Under the pieces are notes generated by a model that worked only from the letters and a program-made list of their open reading frames with translations, did no database searches and was not told the origin of the DNA. From the NCBI RefSeq assembly GCF_027921745.1, contig NC_079239.1, positions 1,922,001 to 1,986,000 of the forward strand: DNA of 64,000 nt. Direction: 5' to 3'. The translations under genes were made by a program, and so were the position numbers. This stretch comes from Schizosaccharomyces osmophilus. Its lineage: Eukaryota. Shown piece by piece: positions 11,012 through 21,868 of the stretch. How positions within the stretch are numbered: the first letter of the stretch is position 1; each line of letters opens with the position of its first letter.

Positions 11012-11731
11012 TTACTTTCTTATAGAAGAGGCACGGCGAGCCTTGACAACATCCTTCTTTTGCTTTTGTTCAGCAACGCGCTTAGCCATCAACTGAGCAA
11101 ACTCGGCAGCAGCCTCACGGTTGTTTTCAGCTTGTCTGCGCTTGAGAGCAAAGCGGTGACGCTTGTGTTGGAGAGTTCTGGGAGTAACAAGGCGTTGGAT
11201 CTTGGGGGCCTTGGTGTAAGGCTTCTTGCCCTCCTTCTTGGGCTGAACCTCACGACGAATAACGAATTGGCGAACATCGTCTTCCTTGGTCAAGTTGAAG
11301 AAGCGGCGAATCTTAGAAGCACGCTTAGGTCCTAAACGCTTGGGGACGGTAACGTCGGTTAAGCCGGGAATGTCTTGTTCACCTTGCTTAACAATGGCAA
11401 CAGCGAGAACAGCCATATCTTGGTTGACGATGCAACCACGGACGGACTTACGCTTGCGCTCACCATCACGACGAGGGCGATAGCAAGGGTGACCAGCACG
11501 AAGCAAAAGACGAACACGGTGAGGAAGCAAGACACCTTGGAACATGGGGAAACCTTGCTTGTCATTACCACCGGTGATCTTGAAAACATACCCTGCGAAT
11601 TCAGGGCCTACAGAGTCTGCGGGAACTTCTTGGCCCATTCTCTTGTCCATGAAGACGCGGAGACGACGATCATCGTCAATTTCAATCAGCTTTTGAGTAC
11701 CATTTGCTGGATAAGAAATGTTCAACTTCAT
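11012..11731 (-). CDS. rps6: 40S ribosomal protein S6 (eS6), 239 aa
   Basis: [34 protein letters not shown]-terminal RRASS phosphosite; strong codon bias. Confidence 0.99.
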   Translation of the reverse strand: MKLNISYPANGTQKLIEIDDDRRLRVFMDKRMGQEVPADSVGPEFAGYVFKITGGNDKQGFPMFQGVLLPHRVRLLLRAGHPCYRPRRDGERKRKSVRGCIVNQDMAVLAVAIVKQGEQDIPGLTDVTVPKRLGPKRASKIRRFFNLTKEDDVRQFVIRREVQPKKEGKKPYTKAPKIQRLVTPRTLQHKRHRFALKRRQAENNREAAAEFAQLMAKRVAEQKQKKDVVKARRASSIRK

Positions 11732-11794
11732 TTTGTGTTGAGGTTCCCGGCAGGTTTTCTCACTCTTTGCCCAGTTTCCTGTACGCTAAAAAAA

Positions 11795-11802
11795 CAGTCA
11801 CA
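11795..11802. promoter_or_regulatory. Homol-D box upstream of rps6
   Basis: Exact CAGTCACA about 65 bp upstream of the rps6 ATG; this is the known fission-yeast ribosomal protein promoter element. Confidence 0.85.
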
Positions 11803-12014
11803 TCTAAAGAAAAAATCAATGACTGCGTTAATAACAACTTAAAACGTTCGCTTAATTCAATACCTTAAATGCATCTATTTACTACCACAAATATCAATAT
11901 TTTATGGGAATAAGGATGGTTAAAAGGTAAACTATCAATGATGAACAGTGAATTATACAAGGAATAATGGAAGAAAAATAAACTACGCTTTTGACTTAAA
12001 TGTGAAATAAGAAC

Positions 12015-13490
12015 ATGCTTGAACAAAAACGATGTTCTGCGGATCCTATAAGTGTCGATGAAATAGTTGGAAATAGTATAATCGACCAAAAAGAAGGAGC
12101 ACCTCACATTCCGTATTCATATACAGATAATTTTTTTTTTTTTTCTTTTGGTCGACTATGGGAAGGATGATCCTGCACGACCTATGAACTGGCCAATCTC
12201 GAAAAAGGTCGTACACACAGCATTGTATGGAATGACTACATTTGCTGCTCAATTTAATAGTACAACAATGTCACCTACTACTGAGCAATTGAAGAATGCG
12301 TACCCCATCGGTCAAGAGACAGCTATATTAACTACATCTTTATATGTCTTAGGAATTGCTTTTGGCCCAATGGTGTTTGCACCTTTTTCAGAAATGTAGG
12401 GGAGAAAAATTGGTGTCCTTTTACCCTTCTTTATCTCCATGTTACTTACTGCAGGCACGGCGAGTGCAGATAATGTTGCAGTCATTATGTGCACTCGGTT
12501 CTTTTCAGGTTTATTTGCTGGTGCACCCATCGTTTCTACAGGTGGTGTCTTGGCCGATCTTTAGAACCCAGCACAAAGAGCCACTGCTTTGGTTTTTTAT
12601 TCTTATTTTGTCTTTACTGGTGCTGATATCGGTCCTATCAGTAGTTGCTTACTTACGGAAGGTTCAGACACAGCTTGGCGATGGCCATTATGGTTTATGG
12701 TGATCGTTCAGTCTGCCATTCTGCTTGTTAATTTGATAGTGGTTGAAGAAGCCTATGGTCCAGTATTATCAGCCAAAAGAGCTCTGCATGCTGTTCACGA
12801 TTAATATAATTAGATGCGAGAAAATTCGTCACCTTTCATCTTTTGCGTCCTTTTGCAATGATAGCGACGCCGATTGTTTTTTTAGCTCTATTCGCTAGTT
12901 GAGTGTATGGTATTCTTTGTATAGTATAAACCACCATTCCGTACATGTTTTACTTGTCAAGAAGTTGGCAGGGAACAGTCAGTACACTCCCCATAATTGC
13001 AATTTTCTTGGCGTAGTACTTGGCGGAATTTGTAATATGATTTGGAACAAAAGATATGCAGAATTACTTTCGATAAATGGGGGAGATCCTCTTCCCGAAG
13101 AAAGATTACCCTTAATGATGATGTTCGGCTGGCTCATGCCAGTCGGAATATTTGTCTTTGTTTGGACATCTGATGCCAATATTCACCGGGTAGCACAGTT
13201 TATTGGCATAGCCACGATTGGTTTATTAATAATTTTTCAAGGATGTCTAATTACCTTGTAGACACGTTTACTGCATCGGCGATTGCTGCGAACACATTTA
13301 CAAGATCCATTTCTGGAGTTACTTTTCCATTGTTTTCTCGTATCATGTTTAAAAAGTTAGCATTCACTGGGGTGGAACGCTAGTTTGATTTACTGCACTT
13401 GGAATGAATCCATTCCATTCCCTTTAATATTTTATTCTTTCGGTGGAAAATTACGTGGAAAAGCATTCCTATGTGAATATCGTGTCTTAA
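12015..13490 (+). pseudogene. Disrupted MFS drug:H+ antiporter (DHA1 family) pseudogene
   Basis: DHA1 motifs [47 protein letters not shown] and PEERLP are spread over several frames. In-frame stops at 12397-12399, 12562-12564 and 12802-12804, a frameshift at the T14 run 12131-12144, and further shifts downstream. Confidence 0.9.
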
Positions 13491-14441
13491 CTTATCGTCT
13501 TCATTTTTTATTTGTTTATCTCCTTTCATTTTTACTCTTCTAGTCTTATTCTTTCTTTCTTCATGTATATTAGGGTTATTAACCATAAATAACAGAAATG
13601 CAATCTGGTTGATTGCTTTAGGTATTGATATATGAACGTTGGTAGGATATCCGATTTATTAAGTTAATTAAACTAATTTTTCATTTTTTCAAATAACGAT
13701 TTGTTTTCTGTATATTTTGTTTTTAAGTCTTACCGATAATTATTTACTTCAGGAAACCTAGAACTAGACATGATGAAAAAGGTCTTTCTCATACTCTGCA
13801 TTTTGCAATACTTTCAAATACCTCGTAAATAGAAAGCCCACTGATTTTAACTCAAATGCTACCACAAATTGAGCATTATTCAAAACCATCTTTTGAATGT
13901 AAACAGGTTCAGTGATCTCTATTTATACTGAACAAAATTCTTGGCTCAATATTATGAATGCTAAAAAAACATTTCAAAATTATCCTTCAGCAATAAGAAT
14001 TCCAACGCGTTTTTCTACCTACCATTTCATACCAATTTTTTTTTTTTCTTTCAACTGTATTAAGCCATCTATCCTCACGTCAAACATTGTAATAAAGTGC
14101 ATGAATGAAAGCTTCAGCTGAAGGCGCGACTACACTTCGAGGCATCTTTACTCTCCGTTTTTATGACTAGATGATACTTTGGTTACCAGTATCGACTGAT
14201 CAACTTGCTTCTTTAAAAATGAGACAAGTGTACAACATCATAAAATCATTGGTTCCCAATCAGTAATCTATTTTTGCTAGGGTCTTCAAACCGCTCAGAA
14301 AAAATCCTAAACAAAAGAGCTGACTTCAAAGGTAAGAAATTACATTTATATAGTAACTTTCAAAAGAAACTTTTCTTTTTGAATTGACTGTGCTTTCCAT
14401 CTTATGTTGCTTCTGATTATGGTTGGCCGACATTGTTGATT

Positions 14442-14448
14442 TGTTTAC
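14442..14448 (-). promoter_or_regulatory. FLEX/forkhead site (GTAAACA) upstream of fzr2; second copy at 13899-13905
   Basis: TGTTTAC about 120 bp upstream of the ATG, matching the Mei4 FLEX core and consistent with a meiotic APC/C activator. Short motif, so a chance match is possible. Confidence 0.5.
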
Positions 14449-14566
14449 ATTGGTCCGTAGTTGCTAAACTCGTCGATACAATCACTCCGTCCACAAACGA
14501 GGCATTTACGAGGATACAAAACAATTGCTGCAGTTTCAATTAGCTTTAATACTTCGTCTTTTAGGA

Positions 14567-16114
14567 ATGCATTCTCTATCAACTCTTTATGGAAATGCAC
14601 CTCCAGAGCGATCAATTGTATCTGCAGCTTCCTCGCCTCCAGGACCAGTATTTAACTCCCCGAACCACCTTTTCAGGAATAATCATTCGGCACATCGTCG
14701 TCCTGGTGGAAGAAGGAATGGCCCAACGGTAAGGACAGACTTGGATAGGTTTCTGCCTTTGTCTTCGAGTCCTGATGCTCTTCTGTTGTATCAGCAAAAC
14801 CCATTAGGAGCTCCATATTTACAGAAAAAAGACAACAAAAGGAATTGCTCAAACAATGGTTTGGATAAAGATCCGTATTACAATTACGATCGTTTACTAG
14901 AACATGTCTTGGAAATTGACAAGACAAGCCATGTATTTCGTTTCTCTCCAGAGACATCTTCTCGTTCCAACATTGTTCCAGTTACTTGGGAGCCAGAGAA
15001 CTATTCTCGCAAGAAGAAACATATTCCAGATCAAATCCTTCCTTTTCGGATTCTCGATGCTCCCGAGTTGCGAGACGATTTTTATACCACATTACTTGCA
15101 TGGTCTCCACGCGGCGAGCTAGCTATCGGTCTTGCCGAAAATGTGTATTTATGGACCGAAGGATTAGGACCTGTTGGTGTTTTGGAAACCAGCATGTACG
15201 ATGTAAGTAGTCTTTCCTATTCGTACGATGGTACTATTCTTGCCGTGGGACGAATTGACGGAACCATCCAGTTTTGGGGAAAAGGCGAAGTTCGGCCCAG
15301 AATTACCATTTACCATCCGGGCGATGTTGGCTGTATGGCGTGGAACCCTTCGTCAGACATGAATCGTATTTTAATCGGAAAGGGAAATGGTGAAGTCGTA
15401 ATTTACGACATATTCTGGTTTGATTCCACAGTTAAGGCCACCAAAGTGGGAACTATTTCTACTGCTCATGAAGAGCAGGTTTGCGGGTTGGCTTGGAATC
15501 ATGATGGCTCTCAATTTGCTACAGGAGGAAATGATAACAGAGTCTGCCTTTTCAATTCTTCTGAATGGGAGAAACCACTTTTTATTTGGCAGCATGATGC
15601 TGCAGTCAAGGCAATATCTTTCTGCCCCTGGCAAAAATCTTTACTTGCTACGGGAGCCGGCTCACACGACAAACATGTTCGATTTTATAACTGCAACAGC
15701 GGGAAGAAAATATCTGAGCTCTACTGTGGTGCGCAGATTACTTCAATCCATTGGTCTCCAAATTATAAAGAGTTTTGCGTAACTTTTGGCTATTCCGTGG
15801 AAACCGTTCAACACCGACTTGCTATTTATAGCTGGCCTGATCTGAAATGTCTCGTTTCTGTTTTACCATCCGTCTCTGACACTCGATGTGTACATTCTAT
15901 ATTGACTTGGACATACGATGATGCACGAAAGAAGCAGGTTCCTGGTAATAATATTGTCGTTGCAGGTAGTGATGAGACGGTTAAGTTCTTTGATTTATCT
16001 GAAAACTGTTCCTGGCATCACGATCGAGTTTTATCCTGGAATGGTATATTTGATTGTCAAATTTTGGAAATGCTGGAAGGCATGGATGGAACTTCTAATT
16101 ATCAGATACGCTGA
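14567..16114 (+). CDS. fzr2: Cdc20/Fizzy-related WD40 APC/C activator
   Basis: C-box DRFLP, RILDAPELRDDFY, WD40 repeats (VCGLAWN, AAVKAISFCPWQ) and C-terminal IR tail. First ATG is at 14567 (the ORF track starts at a TTG). The symbol rests on recalled synteny with SPAC13G6.08. Confidence 0.9.
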   Translation: MHSLSTLYGNAPPERSIVSAASSPPGPVFNSPNHLFRNNHSAHRRPGGRRNGPTVRTDLDRFLPLSSSPDALLLYQQNPLGAPYLQKKDNKRNCSNNGLDKDPYYNYDRLLEHVLEIDKTSHVFRFSPETSSRSNIVPVTWEPENYSRKKKHIPDQILPFRILDAPELRDDFYTTLLAWSPRGELAIGLAENVYLWTEGLGPVGVLETSMYDVSSLSYSYDGTILAVGRIDGTIQFWGKGEVRPRITIYHPGDVGCMAWNPSSDMNRILIGKGNGEVVIYDIFWFDSTVKATKVGTISTAHEEQVCGLAWNHDGSQFATGGNDNRVCLFNSSEWEKPLFIWQHDAAVKAISFCPWQKSLLATGAGSHDKHVRFYNCNSGKKISELYCGAQITSIHWSPNYKEFCVTFGYSVETVQHRLAIYSWPDLKCLVSVLPSVSDTRCVHSILTWTYDDARKKQVPGNNIVVAGSDETVKFFDLSENCSWHHDRVLSWNGIFDCQILEMLEGMDGTSNYQIR

Positions 16115-16442
16115 AGTTCCATTTCGTATATTTAAGGTATTTTTTTCTGTTATGTTTTTGATAACATGCCTTTTTAAAAGTCCGTCTGTCCAGGTTTCTC
16201 TTTTGTAAAGGCCAATGATTTTGTGTAAAAACATAAATTTTATAGAATCTATCAAATTTTTGTTTTTTTTTTTCTTTTTCTACTAGAAGTACGTTTAATA
16301 GCCTTCTTTTTTTTTTTTCTTTCCTGTTCTTTTCATCAAATTTCTCCTATACAGTCCGTAACAGTCATTTGAACCTAATCAAATACCAGTGAGCGCCTTT
16401 CTTGCTCGCATCACTATTGGAATTCTGAACTAAATCTTAAAA

Positions 16443-17446
16443 ATGGAAGGTATTGATCTTGGCTTTTTGGCAGAAGGTAGTCTCAAGCAAAGCGATTTGT
16501 TTGACGTGGAATGTAGTCGAATTGGAGGACCTCCCCTATTACTCCGGTCAGAAGATGTATCTTCTTTAAAGGAAAGATGTGATTCCAACATGGACCTTTT
16601 ATTACAAATGTACGCACCCAAGAACAATGACGACTCGTTTCACCGTATCATCTATGTCTTTGCCAACAAAGATGGGAAAACTCAACAAGAAGGATGGACG
16701 AAGGGGTAAGTACATACCGTTGCATATGGACAGTGGAAGTAAAGCATTTATTTTGTCAGTATGGCCCGTATTTGAGTCGAGAGATGTTTACATTTTACGG
16801 ACCAGCTGAAAAGCTTGCTATTATTAGCCACTCAAATATCTCTATATCATTGTGGTTGCCTGCGACTAACTATAATTCTATCAGGGTCCGTGTGTTCAGA
16901 TGCCAGGCTTCAGAATCGGAATTCGAAAACCTCAACCTTACATTAGATGAGAGTTCAAATTCAAAACTATGTAATGCACGGGAAATAGAGGTGGATTCTG
17001 AGCCATCGAATGAAGCATTGGAAGTTCAGCCAAAAATCCTTGAGGACGTGAAAGTGGAAACCGAAAATCCAACAAACGAGCCTTATACAAAAGCTACTGG
17101 TGACACTTCCTTTCTAAAATTCCAGAAGCGTATATCCAGAGCTCCAGACCAAATACTACGCTATTATCATTCTGCTTCCGCCGAGCCTTTATGGTGTAAT
17201 AAGGATGGAATCCCTACCAGTGTCCCCGATTGCTCTTGTGGTGCAAAGCGGATTTTAGAAGCGCAAATTGTCTCTACTTTATTAACTGAGTTGAATATTG
17301 ACCACTCTGCGGAAGATGCCCTTGACTGGGGTGTCCTATCCATATACACTTGCTCTGAATCTTGTAATTTAGCAAACAAGGGTATTGCAGAAGAAGTATG
17401 CTGGCTTCAAAAGTTTTCAGATCAAGGCATTGAAGCACCTGAGTAA
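16443..17446 (+). CDS. tsr4: Tsr4/PDCD2-family uS5 chaperone; exons 16443-16705, 16885-17446
   Basis: [50 protein letters not shown] and [15 protein letters not shown]. Intron GTAAGT..ACTAAC..CAG joins the two ORF-track pieces in frame. Confidence 0.9.
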
Positions 17447-17663
17447 GGGAAACGTGGATATTTTCTATTTTGTTAATTTCGGTTTGGTTTCAAGGGTTTT
17501 CTTGTTTTCATTTTCAGTAGGATCTACGAATACATCGCTGACTTCTCTATCCCGTTTGATACACCATCAAGAAGACGTTTGTATTTCGTAAATAAATGAA
17601 GCTGTCATTGAATTATAGGCGTCCGTTTTTTACTTGCTCCCCTTGCCAAGGATATCTTCAATC

Positions 17664-17665
<2 letters not shown>

Positions 17666-17702
<37 letters not shown>

Positions 17703-17772
17703 ACATCCATCCATTAGTTGCGGCATCGTGCACACACTTCCACCAAAAAAAAAAAAAAAAAAAAAAAAAAAA
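17666..17772. repeat. T30(A8) and A28 homopolymer tracts flanking a 41-nt core
   Basis: T run 17666-17695, A run 17696-17703 and A run 17745-17772, between the convergent genes tsr4 and asl1. Confidence 0.9.
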
Positions 17773-18312
17773 CTAAATCTTTATATGGACGACGGATACA
17801 CAAATGATATAATTTATGAATATTGCAAGTGTTCAAATTTATTTAGCTTAATGTAGTACAGTTTAACAGTAACTTTGTGTAGAACAAAATCGGATCAAAT
17901 CACAAAGCATGAGTCAAATAGAGAATACATCCATAGTTGGTATAAAAAAGAAGGAAAACAAATGGACGTATTTCCGTTCAATCACGCTTCGTGTTATACA
18001 TTTTTTTTGTTTTGTTTTATATCAGATAGACAGCCACAGACAAAATCAAACGTATAATTCCAGAATCATAAATATATTTTCTCGTCGTTTAAGTTTAAAG
18101 AAAGTAAGGAAAGAAAAAGAAAGTCAAAAATAATCAATAACGAAAGTCAGAAAAGCGTTTGAAAGAATGCAAACGAAAAAAATATAACAAAGTAAGTCAA
18201 ACAGCATTTAGCAAATACATATCAAGCGCAAACAAAGGTTTTATAAATAAAATATAATGTGGAGCAACTACCCTTAGCACTGCGATTCACATGGATGAAA
18301 TTGGCATCTATC

Positions 18313-19668
18313 TTAGATACCAAGATATTTAGAACCGAGACCACTGAGCTTACCAGCAGCGGTGACCAAAGCGTTGTTCTCACCAACAGAAGATCCGAGA
18401 TTAGCAGCAGGAGCGAACCAAGCATAACGCTCAACAGCGTCATTGCTTTCCAAAAACTCGATGGTTTCCTCAAAGACTTTGTAAACATCATCCAAGCTAG
18501 GCAACTGGGAAACGTCCCAGTTTGTGCAAGCAAACTCACTGACCCAAATAGGCTTGTTGTAGGTAGAGGACAAACTATTGACCAAACCTTTGAGTTGGTC
18601 AGCACCGGTACCATACCAATGAGCAACAATGAAATCAATATTGCAATCGGAGCAAGATTGCATAAACTGGTTAAGCCAGTTCTCACCAACATTGCTGATA
18701 GCAGGAGATCCAAGAGACTTAATGCTGCCGCTTTGGCGAAGGGGAGTTAAATATTGCTTGTATAAGGAAGCGGCTTGACCAGCGTCCATGTTAGAAAGAT
18801 CAGGTTCATTGAAGCCAAATACGGTAGCACCATTAGTATAAGCAGAAGATGCACTTTGGATACCATCTGCAGAATGTTGGCTTTGGACGAATTCAAAAGA
18901 AGGATCCAAGTTGGAAGCTTGAGAACCCCAGTTATAATACCAGCTAGCGACACCCTTGAACATGTCAGCAACAGATGGATCGGTGCCGCCAATCCATGCC
19001 AAACCACGCTTAGAAGACTTTTGACCGGAAGGTGTGGCAGAAGCAGAGCTAGAAGCAGAGGTAGGGCTAGAGCTAGAAGCAGGGGAGCTAGAACTAAAGG
19101 TGTTAGCCATTGCTGCGTTGCCAACGGGGACATTGATGCTGCTAGAAGGAAGGGGAGCATCGCTGGAAATAACAGGAGTGCTGCTGCTAGATGAAGAAGC
19201 AGGGGCAGCTTGTGCAGATGTAGCTTGTGGAACAGCAGAGGATGTAGGAGCAGCTTGTACAGATGTAGCTTGTGGATTAGCAGAGGATGTAGGAGCAGCC
19301 TCGGCAGAAGAGGAAGCAACAGGAGTGGAAATATTCTTGTCCAAAGCAACATTGGGAGCAGCAGAAGTGGAAGTGGCAGAAATGGTATCGTTATTCCATG
19401 GAGCAGAAGTAGTAGCATTCATTTTAAAGAAAGGAGTGGTAGCAAAGCTGCTAGAGATGGTTGAAGACGAGGGAGTCGTCTGATAGGAAGTAACAGGGTA
19501 TGTGCCGTTGGCGTTTACAGTAAGATGCACTCTTTTTATTACCGTTTCGTAAGTTGTAATATCGTTTCCATTGCGCCTATGATGACGATGGTTTAAAGGT
19601 GCATAAGGAAGGGCTAAAGAGATACCCAAAAGAGTCAGGAAAAGAAGGTGAGTCAAAAGCACGCGCAT
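18313..19668 (-). CDS. asl1: Secreted Ser/Thr-rich cell-wall protein with a C-terminal GH128-type glucanase domain, 451 aa
   Basis: Signal peptide, S/T/A-rich stalk, then SKRGLAW, WYYNW, GFNEPD, AHWY, KPIWVSEFA and VERYAWF. Confidence 0.92.
   Translation of the reverse strand: MRVLLTHLLFLTLLGISLALPYAPLNHRHHRRNGNDITTYETVIKRVHLTVNANGTYPVTSYQTTPSSSTISSSFATTPFFKMNATTSAPWNNDTISATSTSAAPNVALDKNISTPVASSSAEAAPTSSANPQATSVQAAPTSSAVPQATSAQAAPASSSSSSTPVISSDAPLPSSSINVPVGNAAMANTFSSSSPASSSSPTSASSSASATPSGQKSSKRGLAWIGGTDPSVADMFKGVASWYYNWGSQASNLDPSFEFVQSQHSADGIQSASSAYTNGATVFGFNEPDLSNMDAGQAASLYKQYLTPLRQSGSIKSLGSPAISNVGENWLNQFMQSCSDCNIDFIVAHWYGTGADQLKGLVNSLSSTYNKPIWVSEFACTNWDVSQLPSLDDVYKVFEETIEFLESNDAVERYAWFAPAANLGSSVGENNALVTAAGKLSGLGSKYLGI
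19205..19294 (-). repeat. Two tandem 45-bp repeats in the asl1 stalk (PTSSAxPQATSxQAA)
   Basis: Near-identical units at 19205-19249 and 19250-19294. Confidence 0.85.
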
Positions 19669-19895
19669 TTTGTTACAAAATAGAGAGTTAAAGAAAGTAG
19701 GATAACAAACGCGTCAATTTGATTTTTTTAAAAGTAAAAGAATGGAAAGGGGTTCGCCTTAAAAGAAAGACTATAAGAAAGGGTATAATAAAGAGGGTAT
19801 AACACTAAAGTATTTTGGGCTGAAGATGAATCAGCCGTTCCAAACGTTTATATAAAAACGAAAGATAGTCACAAAAACAAAGTACAATATAAACT

Positions 19896-21464
19896 TTAAA
19901 AATAAGTTTGTCTCAAATTATTAAGTAAATTGTATTTTTTAGTTTCCAGCAAATTGACGAACGCGTCAAAATCTGGGGCTGAATCTGTCACGACAGCCAC
20001 ACCCGGGCCTCCTAGTTGACTATCATAGACAGAGTTCTTTAAGGCACTTAATTCAGTAATAGCATTTTCGAACATCTCATTTGAACAGTCAGTGTTCCTC
20101 AGCGTAACGGTACATCCACCACCCCCTGCACCAGTTAACTTGGTTGGGCCTATGACCTTGGTAGCATTTATTACTCGGTCAATTGTAACATGTGAAACGT
20201 TTAATGCCTCGAGCATTTTTTGATTAATGAAAATAAGCTCGCCAAGCGTCTTTCGTAGCCTGCGTACATTTGTCTCGGTTTCAAGGGCTCGGATCGCGGA
20301 ACGTGATATCCCATCAATGGTTTGAAAAATGGAATCAATTACAAGAGGTGACTCCTCTCGAAGCCGATATACTCTTTGAATCAATTCTTTAGTGCTTTTG
20401 GGCTGTTTTGTGTCGGTAATCAAAACGGAGAGTGGGTTTTCAAGTTTCAAGAACTGCTTCATGGCAGTCGTCTTTGCAGTGGACTTGCGAAAAGCAATCA
20501 AACCACCATGGGTAGCAGCGGCATTATCAATTCCACTAGGACTTCCTTGGATGCAACATTCGCCAATAAAAGACCAACCCTCTATAAGAGCAAGGCTTTC
20601 CTGACGGCTCCAACCTTCTCCTTCCTTTGGTGGTTGAATGTAGCCGAAAAATAAAAGCAAACAAGTTGCGACACCGACTGAGACAGTCGCGCTGCTTCCC
20701 AAACCAGCACCTAAGGGAACTTCTGAATTTATTGTTATAATACATCCCTGCGTATGAAATCCGATCTGCAAATACAAGTATAAAATGCAAAGCATGGATA
20801 GAAAAGCCAAAGGATTCTTTTTCTCGTTGGTCAATAGCTTTTCCAATGCTGTCACGATTTCCACATCAAGAGTATTTGGAGGATGAAATATATCCTTTGC
20901 AGAAACAGCGTCCCAAGGCAAAGATTCAAGGGACCAAGAGCGACTTGTCTCGATATCTCGCATCTTTATAGTAATTTCGGGTTTCTCGCTTGGCTCTATT
21001 CTACAATAGGTACGCAATGAAATAGAAGCGGCAACAGCTGTCTAAGAGTACTGTTAGTAAACCTCTAATATCCAAAAGGCGTCGAAAGATGATATTGCCA
21101 ACTGAAAGCAAGTTTTATAAACATGAACGAGATCGTCTTGGATGAACCAATTCAGAGACGCTGAACCATAAACAAATCCTTAATTAGAGGAAAAAGAACA
21201 AACAGAATCTGTTTAAGCTCTTCCCATAAATGATATTGATCATGTATCAAACTTGTTGAACAGCAACAGCAATGAATGAAAAGGCATTATAGATCCGCAA
21301 AATTAAATTCTTTCAATCAAAGTAAAAAAATAAATTGCTCGACTTGCTCAGTAACATATTTCATAGCTGAAATTGAGAAATTAACTTACAGCGCCGTAAA
21401 CAACAGCATGTTCACCAAACAGGATCGTCTTCCCTGGAGAGGATACAATGAAACTTCTTTGCAT
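19896..21464 (-). CDS. erg12: Mevalonate kinase; exons 21464-21390, 21041-19896
   Basis: Exon 1 gives SSPGKTILFGEHAVVYGA; exon 2 has GHMP motifs PLGAGLGSSA, SGIDNA and KLTGAGGGGC. 348-nt intron GTAAGT..ACTAAC..TTAG. Confidence 0.95.
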
Positions 21465-21868
21465 TAGATTACAGCGGTGTTTTGTATAAATAGACCTTAA
21501 CAATTTTATGGCTAAGGATAGGTTCGAATTCCTATGTCTGGCTCAATAAGGGAAAGATGGCTGGTAAAATGAAACAAGACGTAATTAGGGTTCGTTTATG
21601 GCGGTTTGTTTACTAAATAATGGGATGAAAAGAAGCATCGCTTACAGCATCAAATTTACAAACAGAACTCAATTAAAACGTAAATAAAACAGCTTTTCAT
21701 ACTATATTGTGCTTTCAAAACCGTAGTTAGAAAATGAACAAATGAGAACAGAAACAAAGAAAAAAAATTATTACAACTTATTAATATACAAAGCTTGGGC
21801 TAAATCCTCAACCCATTTTACGATTTTGCAACAAAGGAAGACATGGGCAACTTCTTTGACTTGAGAAG

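Noticed and set aside
10997..11842. Antisense ORFs over rps6
   Set aside because: Expected from strong codon bias in a highly expressed gene.
18222..19483. Several long overlapping or antisense ORFs over asl1
   Set aside because: Shadow frames of a low-complexity, codon-biased Ser/Ala-rich gene; no independent motifs.
21480..21550. tRNA gene around GGTTCGAATTCC
   Set aside because: No acceptor stem, D arm or anticodon arm; kept only as a B-box-like element.
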